From NCBI RefSeq assembly GCF_006345805.1, contig NC_043004.1, positions 6,696,001 through 6,760,000 on the forward strand: DNA of 64,000 bases. Direction: 5' to 3'. Origin of the DNA: Octopus sinensis (Eukaryota). Both the position numbers and the translations under genes were made by a program. Shown in pieces: positions 53,125 through 64,000 of this stretch. A model generated the notes under the pieces. It did not search any database, was not told the origin of the DNA, and saw nothing but the letters and a program-made list of their open reading frames with translations. The first letter of the stretch is position 1; every line of letters starts with the position of its first letter.

Positions 53125-54119
53125 TATATAAATAAAGAAAGGCTTCTTTCAGTTTCTATCTACCAAATTCACTCACAAGGCTTTGGTTGGCCCGAGGCTA
53201 TAGCAGAAGACACTTGCCCAAGGTGCCACACAGTGGGACTGACCCCAAAACCATGTGGTTGGTAAGTAAGCTACTTACCACACAGCCACTCCTGTGCCTA
53301 TATGAGTAAATAAAGAATATGAAAGTGAATGAAAATGGACTATAGCTTTATCGTTTGTCTTTTACTTGTTTAAAAAGCATTGGACTGTGGCCATATTGGG
53401 ACACCACCTTGAAGGGTTTTAGTCAAACAAATTAGCTTAAGTAATTCCTTTTAAATCTGATACTTATTCTTTTAATCTCATTTAGCAAACTGCTAGGTTA
53501 TGGGGATGTAAACAAACCAACACCAATTTTAAGTGGTAGTAGAGAACAAACACAAATTCATATATATGATGGGCTTCCACACAGTTTCCTCCCACTAAAC
53601 TCACAAAGTATTGTATTAACCAGGGCTACATATGGAAATGTTAGTATATTTATATATTATGTTCCTATAAATGAAACAGTAGACCAGTGGCAAAGCTAGA
53701 GTGTGTGCTTGGGATAACCCTTAAGTTTTCACTTTGCAGTGGGGCTGAACCTGAAACCATGTGGCCGCAAAGCAAGCCTCTTAACCACACAGCCATGTCT
53801 CTGTCTCTAAATTGCAGTATTGCTTGGCTACATAGAGACTGGAACACTTAACCTCCAGTTTACTAGACTGGTGATCTAATCAACTGCTAATTTTATAACA
53901 GTTGAATCAGAAATATATCTTTGAGCTCTGAAATATATACGAATATACTGGAACTTCTTCGAGTTGCTCATATTGCAATTAATAAACAACATAGCTTTTA
54001 TATCTTTTAGTCAACTTCTAAGTAGTTGATATTGGTAACAAATTTCAACTCACAGTATTTAAGTTCAAAATTAACCTAAAATGAAAGCTGATAACTAGGA
54101 TCTTGACTCTGATATAGAG

Positions 54120-55770
54120 AAAATGAGGACAAACAAAAATGTAAAAGAAGACTTTATGTGAGAATGTAGAAATAGATTTGCCATTCTACAGACATTAATT
54201 GATGAAGAGGAAAGTGGGAGAGGTGTGCAATGATATTCAAGACATTATACAAGAAGTAGCAAAAGTAATATTTGAAAGTGGAGGAAGAACTATGAGGGAA
54301 AGATAGATTGAAAATGAAAAAGAAAAAAAAGAAAAAGAAAAAAGGAGCATGATACAGAAAAGATAGAAAAACTCAAATGTGAAACTCTAAGTAATTATGA
54401 CCAAAGATTGCTTATTTTAAGAAGTGAATAGGCAGACCTTAATAGCAAAGTAAGAAGACTCACCAAGTACGATAAGAGGAAGTACTTGAATGACATTGAG
54501 GGTAATACTCAAATAAAAAGAAGGAAAGGGAAGAATACCAGATTAGCTTATAAATCAATTAAAGAAATTACAGACATGATTATAAAATAAAAAAAACAAA
54601 CAAACAAACAAACAAACAAAGCTCACAATTAGAGTTACACAAGGGAACCTGCTGACTATGGATAAAGAAATAAAGAACAGATGAAAAGCAGCAGTAGTAG
54701 TAGTAGTAGTATAGAACAGATCAATTCCACAAGATGAAGAAAATATTCTCAGATCTGAAAAGGATCTGGACATTGAAACAAGGGAAATTACATAAGCTGA
54801 GACCAGAAATTATATAAAGTAGTTAAAGGATTATAAATCATGGGATTGTATCCAAGATAGTAAAAGCTGATGTGTAGATGTGTACTGGAAGAAAAAAAAA
54901 AAAAAAAAAAAAAAGCATTTAACTACGTCTGAGGAGCAGGTAAAATTCTCACAGAATGAGTTGGGGGTAAGAAATGTAATTCAAATATCTAAGAAGAGAG
55001 AGAGAGAGAGAGATACATGAGTTTAGGAACCAGAGAAGTATTAATCTGTCACAATGGTCTTAAAGGATGATCTGCAGAGTAATCAGAGTAATTTCAAATG
55101 GAACTGAACCCGGTGTTGAGATTCTAAAGAAGGAGTAAATGAATTTCAGAAGGGGGTAGAGGAGAGGAGGATATGATGATAAAATGCTTACAATAAGTCA
55201 AATGGGAAGAGGATGTCATTTCGCTAATATTTGGTTGGTTTCCATAAGGCTTTTCATAGTAAGTATTCTACAACACTACCAAAAGATAACAAAAAGATCT
55301 GACATGCTTCAAAATATCCATCCATCCATTTTCTCAGCCCATTACTTCTGGAAGGGTCAGGAGGTGGAGATGTTTAAGTTTTCAGGCACCTCCTCTATAG
55401 GGTCCTATCAGAAGCAACTGTCATTACACTTTCCAGCCGGATTCCCAAACATGTCCAACAGAAACTGTAGATATTATCCAAACATCTCACTCTTGGTCTA
55501 TCCCTAGATCTTCTGCCAGTTGGCTCAGCTTGAAAAATCCAACTTGCAATTCTTTCCAGCAAGATTCTAATCACATCTCCATAGTTTAACCTGGAGAGAC
55601 TTGAAATATACTGACACAAATTCAAATGTGTATGAAGGGACTGCATGTCAGGTCATAGAGGATGGAACTCTCAGTGAAGCATTTGAGATCAATGATATTC
55701 AGAGAGATACACTCTCTTTGGTACATATTGTGTTGGTATGTGATTATGAGATGCATGATGTCCCATCAAA
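54120..55770 (+). mobile_element. Highly decayed RTE (BovB/SR-like) LINE remnant, interrupted
   Basis: RNRFAILQ-like stretch near 54170; NVYEGTACQVIEDGTLSEAFEI at 55620-55690 resembles the RT region before the GVRQG motif. Confidence 0.55.
55300..55600 (-). mobile_element. Decayed LINE 3' fragment in the opposite orientation
   Basis: ERIASWIFQAEPTGRRSRDRPRVRCLDNI resembles the GRRxRGRPRxRWxD C-terminal motif. Confidence 0.55.
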
Positions 55771-55867
55771 CAAAAACTATATCTATACTATAATAAATAA
55801 AATGGCTTATTGATTAGTTTGAAGTATGTAACCTTTACTAAAAGAAAGCCGTCAGTAAAGTCTACAC

Positions 55868-56113
55868 TTGAGGTTTTCAACTAGGGTCCACATGTGGTTG
55901 TTCATATAAGATCTTGTTAAAACTTATGTGAAATATTTTGGTTATGCTTCTACAATTCACAAAATATTTAATAATTTTTTTTATAGAATTCCTAATAATA
56001 TTTAATTATAAAAATATAATGGGATTTTTTTTTCAAATGGCTATAATGGTTGATCCAAAGGAAATAGGAATTAAAGGGGTCCACAGGTAAAAAAAAATGG
56101 TCAAGAACCACTG
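55868..56113. mobile_element. hAT (Charlie-like) MITE, decayed
   Basis: GAGGTTTTCAAC...GGTCAAGAACCACTG ends, with NTCTAnaN-like flanks. Confidence 0.45.
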
Positions 56114-59100
56114 ATCTAACCCTCTGTGTGCATGTGTGCATAACTTATAGAATTAATTCACAAATGAGACAGAGTGGAATTATGTCAATAGTTAAATTAC
56201 AGATGTTCAATATAACTCTTTTTATATCTGTTCTGTTAAAAAATAAAAGAGAAGTGAGTGTGTAACTATTTAGGAATTTTAAAATAGTTAACTTGACACT
56301 TCCATGATATAACCGTCTCATTTTCAGCACAGATTTTGTTAAGTTACTTGCCAAGTGAGTTAGGGTACAACTCTGAAATTCATAATCAGAAATGGTTACT
56401 TGTTTATCTATAACTGTAATATACACATACATATGTACCTACTTCTTTCTTGGTCAACAAATAGACAGGTGGTCATTTTTGCTTTTCTTTCTTTTTTTTT
56501 TTTTGTTTAGTTTAGATAAATACCTATCTACATTGTACGCAAACAATATAAAAGATACAAATACCAAGAGAAATATCAACAGCCAAAGAAACTAGTTAAA
56601 TGTGTTTCACATAAGTGTAACTTTTGTCAGGCTCAGTAACAAAAAGTAGACATCTCTTATAAAGGAAGTATTTACTAAGGCATGCAAACAATGCAAACAT
56701 TTGGAATAGAATAACAACAACAAAAACATAAGTAAAATAAAAATGAAAATACACTAAAATTCTCCAAACATTTAGGATTATAGGTTACAAAAAGAATTAG
56801 TGATTTGTTACATTATCCTTAAATTACTAGACATCACTACAAGATAAAATTATATATAATATATAAATTCTTCAAATGGCATGGCTGCATGGTTAAGAAG
56901 CTTTTATTAAGAAATAAAAGAGAAGTGAGTGTTCAATCTCACTGCACAGCACCTTGGGCGTGTGTCTTCCACTATAGCCTTGGGTTAACCAATGCCTTGT
57001 GAGCAACTTGGTAGACGGAATTGTGTGGAAGACCACAATATATATATATACATATACGTCTATGAGTGTATGTCTTTGTGTTTGTCATTCACCCCATTGC
57101 TTGACAACTAGTGTTGGCCTGTTTGTGTCTTCATAACTTAGCAATATGACTAAAAAGATCAATGGAATAAGTTCCAGGCGTGAAAAAGACATATGTCCTG
57201 GAGTTTATTTGATTGGCTAAAATAAGTAAAAAGAAAGAAATTAATCTCATTTGTTATAAAAATGAAAGAGCGAGACATTGGAATAATCTGTGAAAAATAT
57301 ATATTAACATAGCTCTAAGCCTAGGATAGAACTTTTCTAAAGCAACAAAAGAAAGAAAAAATGTGTGTGCTACAGAATGGCTCTGGTGTACAAGCATTTC
57401 CATACATCAGTACAAATATAACTTATCTATTCTGGTACTAATGAGATCTGATGGAATATGCCAAATAGTAAATAATTTGTGGATTGTATATGTACAGAAA
57501 CCTAGGTGAAGGTTTCCCAAACATGTGATCTTTGGATCAGTCTCAAAGCAAGCACATTGGGCAAGTGCCTTCTACTATAGTGCCAGGCTGACCAAAGCCT
57601 CGAGTGAATTTGGTAGATAGAAACTGAAAGAAGCTTGTCATGTGTGTGCCTGTCTTGACATCATGTGGTGGTTGTAAAAGTTTGTTTCTAGTCTTCCACA
57701 AAAAGCATGTTTGGTTATAGGGAACTATTACCTTGCTTGGAAATAGGTGAGGGTTGCTGTAGAAAATCTATCTCAACAAATTCCATGGAAACGTAGACAT
57801 TAAATGATGATTAGTAGATCTGTTTATTTTCTCACAGTTACACATAACTAAAATTTGTTGTAGAATATGTTTCATAAATTAAAAATATTTCTAGGAATGA
57901 GTGGAACAGTTATTTTACAGACCTGTCATTGAAACAGAAATGATGGCATTCATTTTTGGCGGATCATGAACAGAACAAGTCAGGTAGAGAGAGCAATATA
58001 CTATTGAACCAATAGCAAGATGTAGAATAACAAAATAATCAGTCAACATTTCTTAGAAATAGCCAAGTAGAAATTATCTGTGACAAACTAACCTTAGTTG
58101 ATAAAAAATATTTAATCATAATCTTGTACAAAAGAATTACCATTTTTTTGTTCTAATAATCTATAAGAAAATCTATAAAAGCTGAATAGCAGGAGTATCC
58201 AAGAGAGTTCTGAATTGTATCTTCAAAGTCAGAAGATTTTTCATTGTTCACTTAGTGGCCTAATATAATGAAAATTAAATTTCAGAATAAATAACAGAGA
58301 TCATATTGATTTTAAGTCTGAGAATTGTTAGATGTCATTTAATGACATTTTACCCAGTAAATGTCAGTTCCTTGTATACACCTCTACCCTTCGAAATATT
58401 AGCGATAATCTATGCTGGTTTTAACTGTTTCTGGAGAACAACAGTTCCATTAGATCAATACTGGTTTTATAATTTTGGTTGCAGCTTGACTTAGGAATCT
58501 CAAAGTTTTCAAATTCCCAACTGCCACATAAACTTGCAAAGGCAAATAAAATGAATATGTAAAATAGAAGAGAATCATGATAAAATATTTTATCAACACA
58601 TTATTTGCAGCTGCATCTCATTTCAGTGAAAATCCTTCTGATGGCAAGAATAAATAACTAATCAATAAAGTAAGTAATTAAGATTAGTCACTAGAATCAG
58701 TTGGCTAATGAATATCTGTGTTAGCATGAATTAGATTGGAAATTAAAGTGGAATGAAAGCAGTACATGTTCATGGTACTACAAGATAGAGTTTGGGGGTC
58801 TGGGTGGCACCTTTTGTTGGAGAAGTTATTTCCACCCATAACAAAAGCCCCACCACTTGAAATGTACTTTATCTCAAATAAACTGAAATCTATTTTAAGT
58901 TTTGATCTAATTTAAATTCATTTATCATTAGAACTTAAGAATTAAGAAGAAAAAAAAAAAAAAAAAATTTAATATTTCAGAGATGTGATTAATAATGTTT
59001 TACAGTGAGACAGCTAAAGATTAACATGGTCAAGCACAAAACTTCCAGGAAGTTCCAAAATTGAAATGGATTTATATAAAATATGTTTATTATTGAGAGT

Positions 59101-60225
59101 TAATGTTTATCAAGATTTTCTTGCAATTTTTTTAACCATAAGTGAATAAAAATTATATTCCTTTACATAAAACATTTTATGACATTTCTAATGATTCTCC
59201 AACTGGTACAACATCATACCACCACACACCACCACCACCACTCAATGCCCACTTTTCCATGCTTGCATGGCTCAGATGGAATGTGTTGAGGCAGACTGTC
59301 AACAACTGGATGCCCTTCTAGTTGCCAACTCTTACCTGTTTCCAAGTAAGCAATAGTTCTCTTTGGCCAGGTATATTTTCACAAAATATTGGAAATCAAT
59401 GACATTCATTTACAACAATCATGCAACGTGAAAACAAGAAGTCAGAAATATACATTCATACACACATGTATGATAGGCTTCTTTCAGATTCCTCTTACCA
59501 AATTCACTCACAAGACTTTAGTCAGCCCAGAGCTGTAGTAAAAGTCATTTGCAAAGGTGCTACACAGTAGGACTAAACTCAAAGCCATATGACTGGGAAG
59601 CAAACTGCTTAACCATACAACCATGCCTGCACCTATATAGAAATTAGCTCATTCATGTGTATACTTGTCAGCCTTTTTTTATTATATATATATATAGCTT
59701 TAATCTTTATTTTACTATATTTCTAATGAAATACACTGCCATTGAAAGATTTAGTGAAATAATTTTGTCATTATCAAGCTGGTGTTTGGAACACAGGAAA
59801 TTTGTAACATAGAACCAGGACAGTCTCTGGTAGGTTAATATCAAAAGGTTTACACTGTTACATTCTAGGCAGAACAGTCTGGTTGAAATGGAAATTTGCT
59901 GACAAGTAACAACTCAAGCTGGACGTACTGCTAGCTACTTATAATGAGTTGTACCTGGATTTTAAAGGGCTAGCCTTGTCATAATCTGTGTCACATTGAA
60001 TCTCCTTGAGAACTACGTTAAGGATATGTGTGTTTGTGGAGTGTTCAGCCACTTGCACATTAATTTCACAAGCAGGCTGTTCTGTTGATTGGACCAATTA
60101 GAACCCTCATTGTCATAACCTACAGAGTATCAGTCTTAAAATAGGTCTTCATTGAAATGGTACACCTTGGAAAATCAAATGAAATCAGTAAGTTTCATAT
60201 CAAACGGCAGATGTTAGAGAAGGTA

Positions 60226-60276
<51 letters not shown>

Positions 60277-60277
<1 letters not shown>

Positions 60278-60885
60278 AAGGCAGTGCTCCAGCAAGGCCA
60301 CAGTCAAATGACTGAAACAAGTAAAAGAGTGTATATATATATATATATATACTCTTTTACTTGTTTCAGTCATTTGACTGTGGCCTTGCTGGAGCAATAA
60401 GTCCTGGGGTCGATTTGCTCTAATAAAGGCGGTGCTCCAGCAAGGCCACAGTCAAATGACTGAAACAAGTAAAAGAGTATATATTCTTTGTAAGCCTAGT
60501 ACTTATTCTATCGGTCTCTTTTGCCAAACCGCTAAGTTACGGGGATGTAACCACACCAGCATCGGTTGTCAAGCGATGTTGGGGGTGGAGGCAAACACAG
60601 ATACACAAATATATACACACAGGTATATATATATATATATATGTTGATTCGCTAGCCTCTGCACGCATATTTTTTTTCTCTCCTTCTTTCTGTGTTTTTT
60701 CTCTGTGTATATTTCTGTTGAAGAGCGTAGGCTCGAAACGTTAAAGACTTGTTTTATTTATATTTCCTGAGCGCCATACTAATACAATTGTTTGTTTGTA
60801 TTCAACCTGCCTTCGTCTTTTGTTTATTTCCGTAAACCTGCCTTCGTCTTTTGTCTATTTTCATAAAGCTTCCCGTTATATATAC

Positions 60886-60916
<31 letters not shown>

Positions 60917-61060
60917 CAATGGGCTTCTTTCAGTTTCTGTCTACCTAATCCACTCACGAGGCTACAGTAGAAGACACTTGCCCAAGGTGCCATGCAGTGG
61001 GACTGAACCTGGAACCATGTGGTTGGTAAGCAAGCTACTTACCACACAGCCACTCCTATG

Positions 61061-61070
<10 letters not shown>
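60277..61070 (-). mobile_element. SINE family A with a rearranged, triplicated end and a hammerhead-like insert
   Basis: Family match; see findings. Confidence 0.85.
60643..60876 (+). mobile_element. Penelope-like/retrozyme-like short insert with a variant hammerhead motif
   Basis: About 234-bp insert bounded by (TA)n inside a SINE; CTGTTGA-A-GAGC-GTAG-GCTC-GAAAC-GTT at 60715-60742; 31-bp-period direct repeat at 60804 and 60835. Confidence 0.55.
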
Positions 61071-61108
<38 letters not shown>

Positions 61109-61171
61109 ATATTATATATATATATATATACATTTGTTGGCCATGCTGATGCCCCGCGTCAATATATATAT

Positions 61172-61210
<39 letters not shown>

Positions 61211-61744
61211 AATAAAGAACTGTTTTGAATTAAGGGACATTGTGTTATTTTTGCTGAATAGCAAAGCACAACAAAATTAAAGGAATTTATTTTAACGAGA
61301 AATAGAAGTCAAATTCTATAAATAATATATATATTGCCAAAAGTAAAAAAAAAAAAATCTCATGAGAGCAAAAATATCTGAAAACTATGATTTATATTAT
61401 TTCTTAATAAAGTGTTATCTATATTAAACAATAGCATTAATAGTTAAGTTAGGAAAACAAAAATAATTCATAAATTAATATGAAATGCCAAGATGAATAA
61501 GAATGGGATTTCTTGTGGATGATATGCATACAAACATGCATATACACAAATGCATATACCTCCTCATATACTTGTGCAAGCGTGTGTGTGTGTATGTGTG
61601 CATGCATGTGTGTATGTGTGCGTGCATGTGTGTATGTACAGGCTCATTTTTAAAAAATAGCTTTTTCAGTTATACTCTTTGTAGATGAAATAATGAAAAA
61701 AGCTGATTTTTCTTCCTACTGCTATCAAATCCATAGAATGATTA

Positions 61745-62345
61745 GACCATTTTCTTTTGAAATTATCATCAGCATCATCATTTACATGAGGAACTGGAGC
61801 ACCTTTTTCATTATCATCATCATCATCATCATCATTTTTAGTGTTAAGACTACTACTATTTCTCTAATGAGAATGATGATGATGATAATAATAATGATGA
61901 CAATAATAATAATGATAATAATAATAATAATGATGATAATAATAATAATAATGATGATAATAATAATGCTGATGATGATGATGATAATGATGATAATAAT
62001 AATGATGATGATGATGGTAATTATGATAATAATAATAATGATAAGAAGAAGAAAAGGAAGAATATTCATCATCTTCATTACCCTCTTTATTTAGCACATA
62101 TTCATCATTATTTCATTATCAGTATGAATTACTTTTACCATCATTATTTCATTATTATTATTACTATCATTGTCTTCCTTATCTTCAGCATTATCACCGT
62201 TATTAATTATCTTTACTATTAGTTTCTTATGACTGCCATCATCATCATCATCATTTTATCAGGATTATCATCATCCTCATCACCACCACCACCACCACCA
62301 GTCATCACCATCACCATAATTTTATTAGGATTATCATAATCATCA
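61745..62345. repeat. Compound (ATC)/(ATA,ATG)/(ATT,ATC,ACC) trinucleotide low-complexity block
   Basis: Direct inspection. Confidence 0.9.
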
Positions 62346-62479
62346 ATTTCATTTTTCTCTTAAAAAATATTTCGAGGGTGGGGGGGAGGGATAAAAAAAC
62401 TAAGGGATGTTTTAAAAGAACTCAATAAACACACACACACATTCTCCGGTTAATGTGAAGAAATCAATAAGACAGTATA

Positions 62480-62772
62480 AAAATCTATAGAGCTGCTCTT
62501 ATAGCGGTAGTTGTTATTGTTGTTGTTACCTTAGAGGCACGGAGAAAGTAAAAGTAGTAGTAGTAGTAGTAGTAATAGTGGTGGTGGTGGTGGTGGTGGT
62601 GATAGCAGCAGTGTGTGTCCAAGCTGACTGTCACATTAATAAAGTCCCCTTGCCTAACTACCTACCAACCTATCTACTGTAAATGCCAGCCTGCAAGTAC
62701 AGCACACACTTGGACAAGTGTGTCCAGCTTCATAGGAGAAATAGAGAAAGGTGCAGAGTCAGAAGTATAAAG

Positions 62773-62803
<31 letters not shown>

Positions 62804-63008
62804 GGAGGGAGGAGACAGAGAACTGGAGACCAATGTTCTGATAACAGTTCAGATGCACAAATTCTCAGCATTCAGAGATGGTAATATTGATTACTACCTC
62901 TCTCTCAGCTCTCTTTTCTACATGAGAGAGAGAGGAGAGAGATGGAGGGAAAGAGAGAGAAAGAAAGAGAGAATTAGAGTATAAGTATGGTTGCGTGTGT
63001 TCCGTGCA

Positions 63009-63039
<31 letters not shown>

Positions 63040-64000
63040 CACGTGAGAGTAAAGCATGTTTTGAGTGTATATTTGAGTGTGAATGTAATGTGTGTGTGTG
63101 TGGTGTGTGTATACATATGTGAATAGCAATATGTGTGTGAACAAACGAGTGTTTGAGAGTACGTATGGTTGTACATGTGCGTGTGTGTGTGTGTGCCTGC
63201 ACATGTGTGTGAACATATCTGTTCATGTGTTTGTGTAATAATCTCTCAGTTCAGATATGCGTGTGCGTGTGTGTGTGTGTGTGTGTGCGAACGTGTCCAT
63301 GCCACTTTAGGCAGAGAGAAAAAGGAAGCAGCAGCAGTAACATACATCATTAAAAAGAAGAGGCTGGGGAAAGTGGAGGAGAAAAATGAGAGAGAAACCG
63401 AAGAGAGAGGGATGGCGGTGGCAGTAGTGGTGGTGGTAGTGGGGACAAAACCCAAGAGTTTGGGAAGAGTTAAGAGTTCAGCGCATGTGAAACCAGTAGC
63501 AAAGGGGTTACTCGTGTCCACTGAAGGAGAGGAACTAGCTCAGAGCAAACATAGTGGTAGTGCTTGCCAAACATTCCATGCTAACTCAGACCATTCCACA
63601 AAACCATGAGAAAGGAATCTATTGTTCTCAAAGAAACAACAATGCTTCCATAAAGCTTCCCCCCCCCGCTGTCCACCCCCACCGACCCCCCTCTTCCAGA
63701 CACAAGGGTAAAACAAATGTTTACCAAATCTATTACTTCTTATGTTTTGCCTTGCTTGCTTTTATTATTTATTATCCCCCCCCCGCCACCAAAATGTTCA
63801 GTTGATGTTTGTTTTGTTTTGTTTTGTTTTGTTTTTTTTTGTTTTTTATTCCAATACTTTCTTCTCCAAATGGAATGAGAAATACTTTTAAAAATATTAG
63901 ATGAAAGTGTTTGTAAAATAAATATTTCTGTTTTAATAAAGAAAATTTTAATAAACTGCCACCGCCATCACTGCCACCACTACCACTACAATAATTCTGG
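62480..64000. promoter_or_regulatory. Possible promoter-proximal or 5' region (SINE-free, rich in GA/GT/GGT simple repeats, some CpG)
   Basis: Interspersed repeats disappear abruptly and GC rises; it lies upstream of the minus-strand RNF38-like exon; a candidate minus donor TCTAAG|GTAAC lies near 62530. Inference only. Confidence 0.3.

Larger units (their letters stand above)
52715..53300 (-). mobile_element. SINE family A hosting the hammerhead insert
   Basis: Family halves lie on both sides of 52880-53061. Confidence 0.85.

Noticed and set aside
61693-62097. Ile/Met-rich and His/Tyr-rich ORFs
   Set aside because: Translations of trinucleotide repeats.
63246-63609. ORFs on both strands near the right end
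   Set aside because: Driven by simple repeats with non-ATG starts; more plausibly non-coding 5' sequence.

Overview
AT-rich, repeat-dense eukaryotic DNA. The SINE, RTE and (TA)n/(CA)n microsatellite content resembles octopus (coleoid cephalopod) genomes; this is recognition from memory, not a search result. Most or all of the window appears to be intron of a minus-strand RNF38/RNF44-like RING E3 ligase gene. Only one coding exon is well supported (31245-31438); a second candidate lies near 4.6-4.8 kb, and neither the start codon nor the RING domain was found. Mobile elements: a young 5'-truncated RTE LINE with an open RT ORF and an embedded PHD finger (18709-21163), a decayed DD34E Tc1 of the IR/DR type, older LINE remnants, TTAA-, TA- and hAT-type MITEs, and dozens of SINE copies. 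Nearly all short ORFs in the supplied track are repeat or microsatellite artefacts. Most notable: (1) short inserts carrying minimal type I hammerhead-ribozyme motifs (Penelope/retrozyme-like), two of them inside the (TA)n tract of the same SINE family; (2) recurrent fold-back inverted duplications centred on TA-rich tracts.
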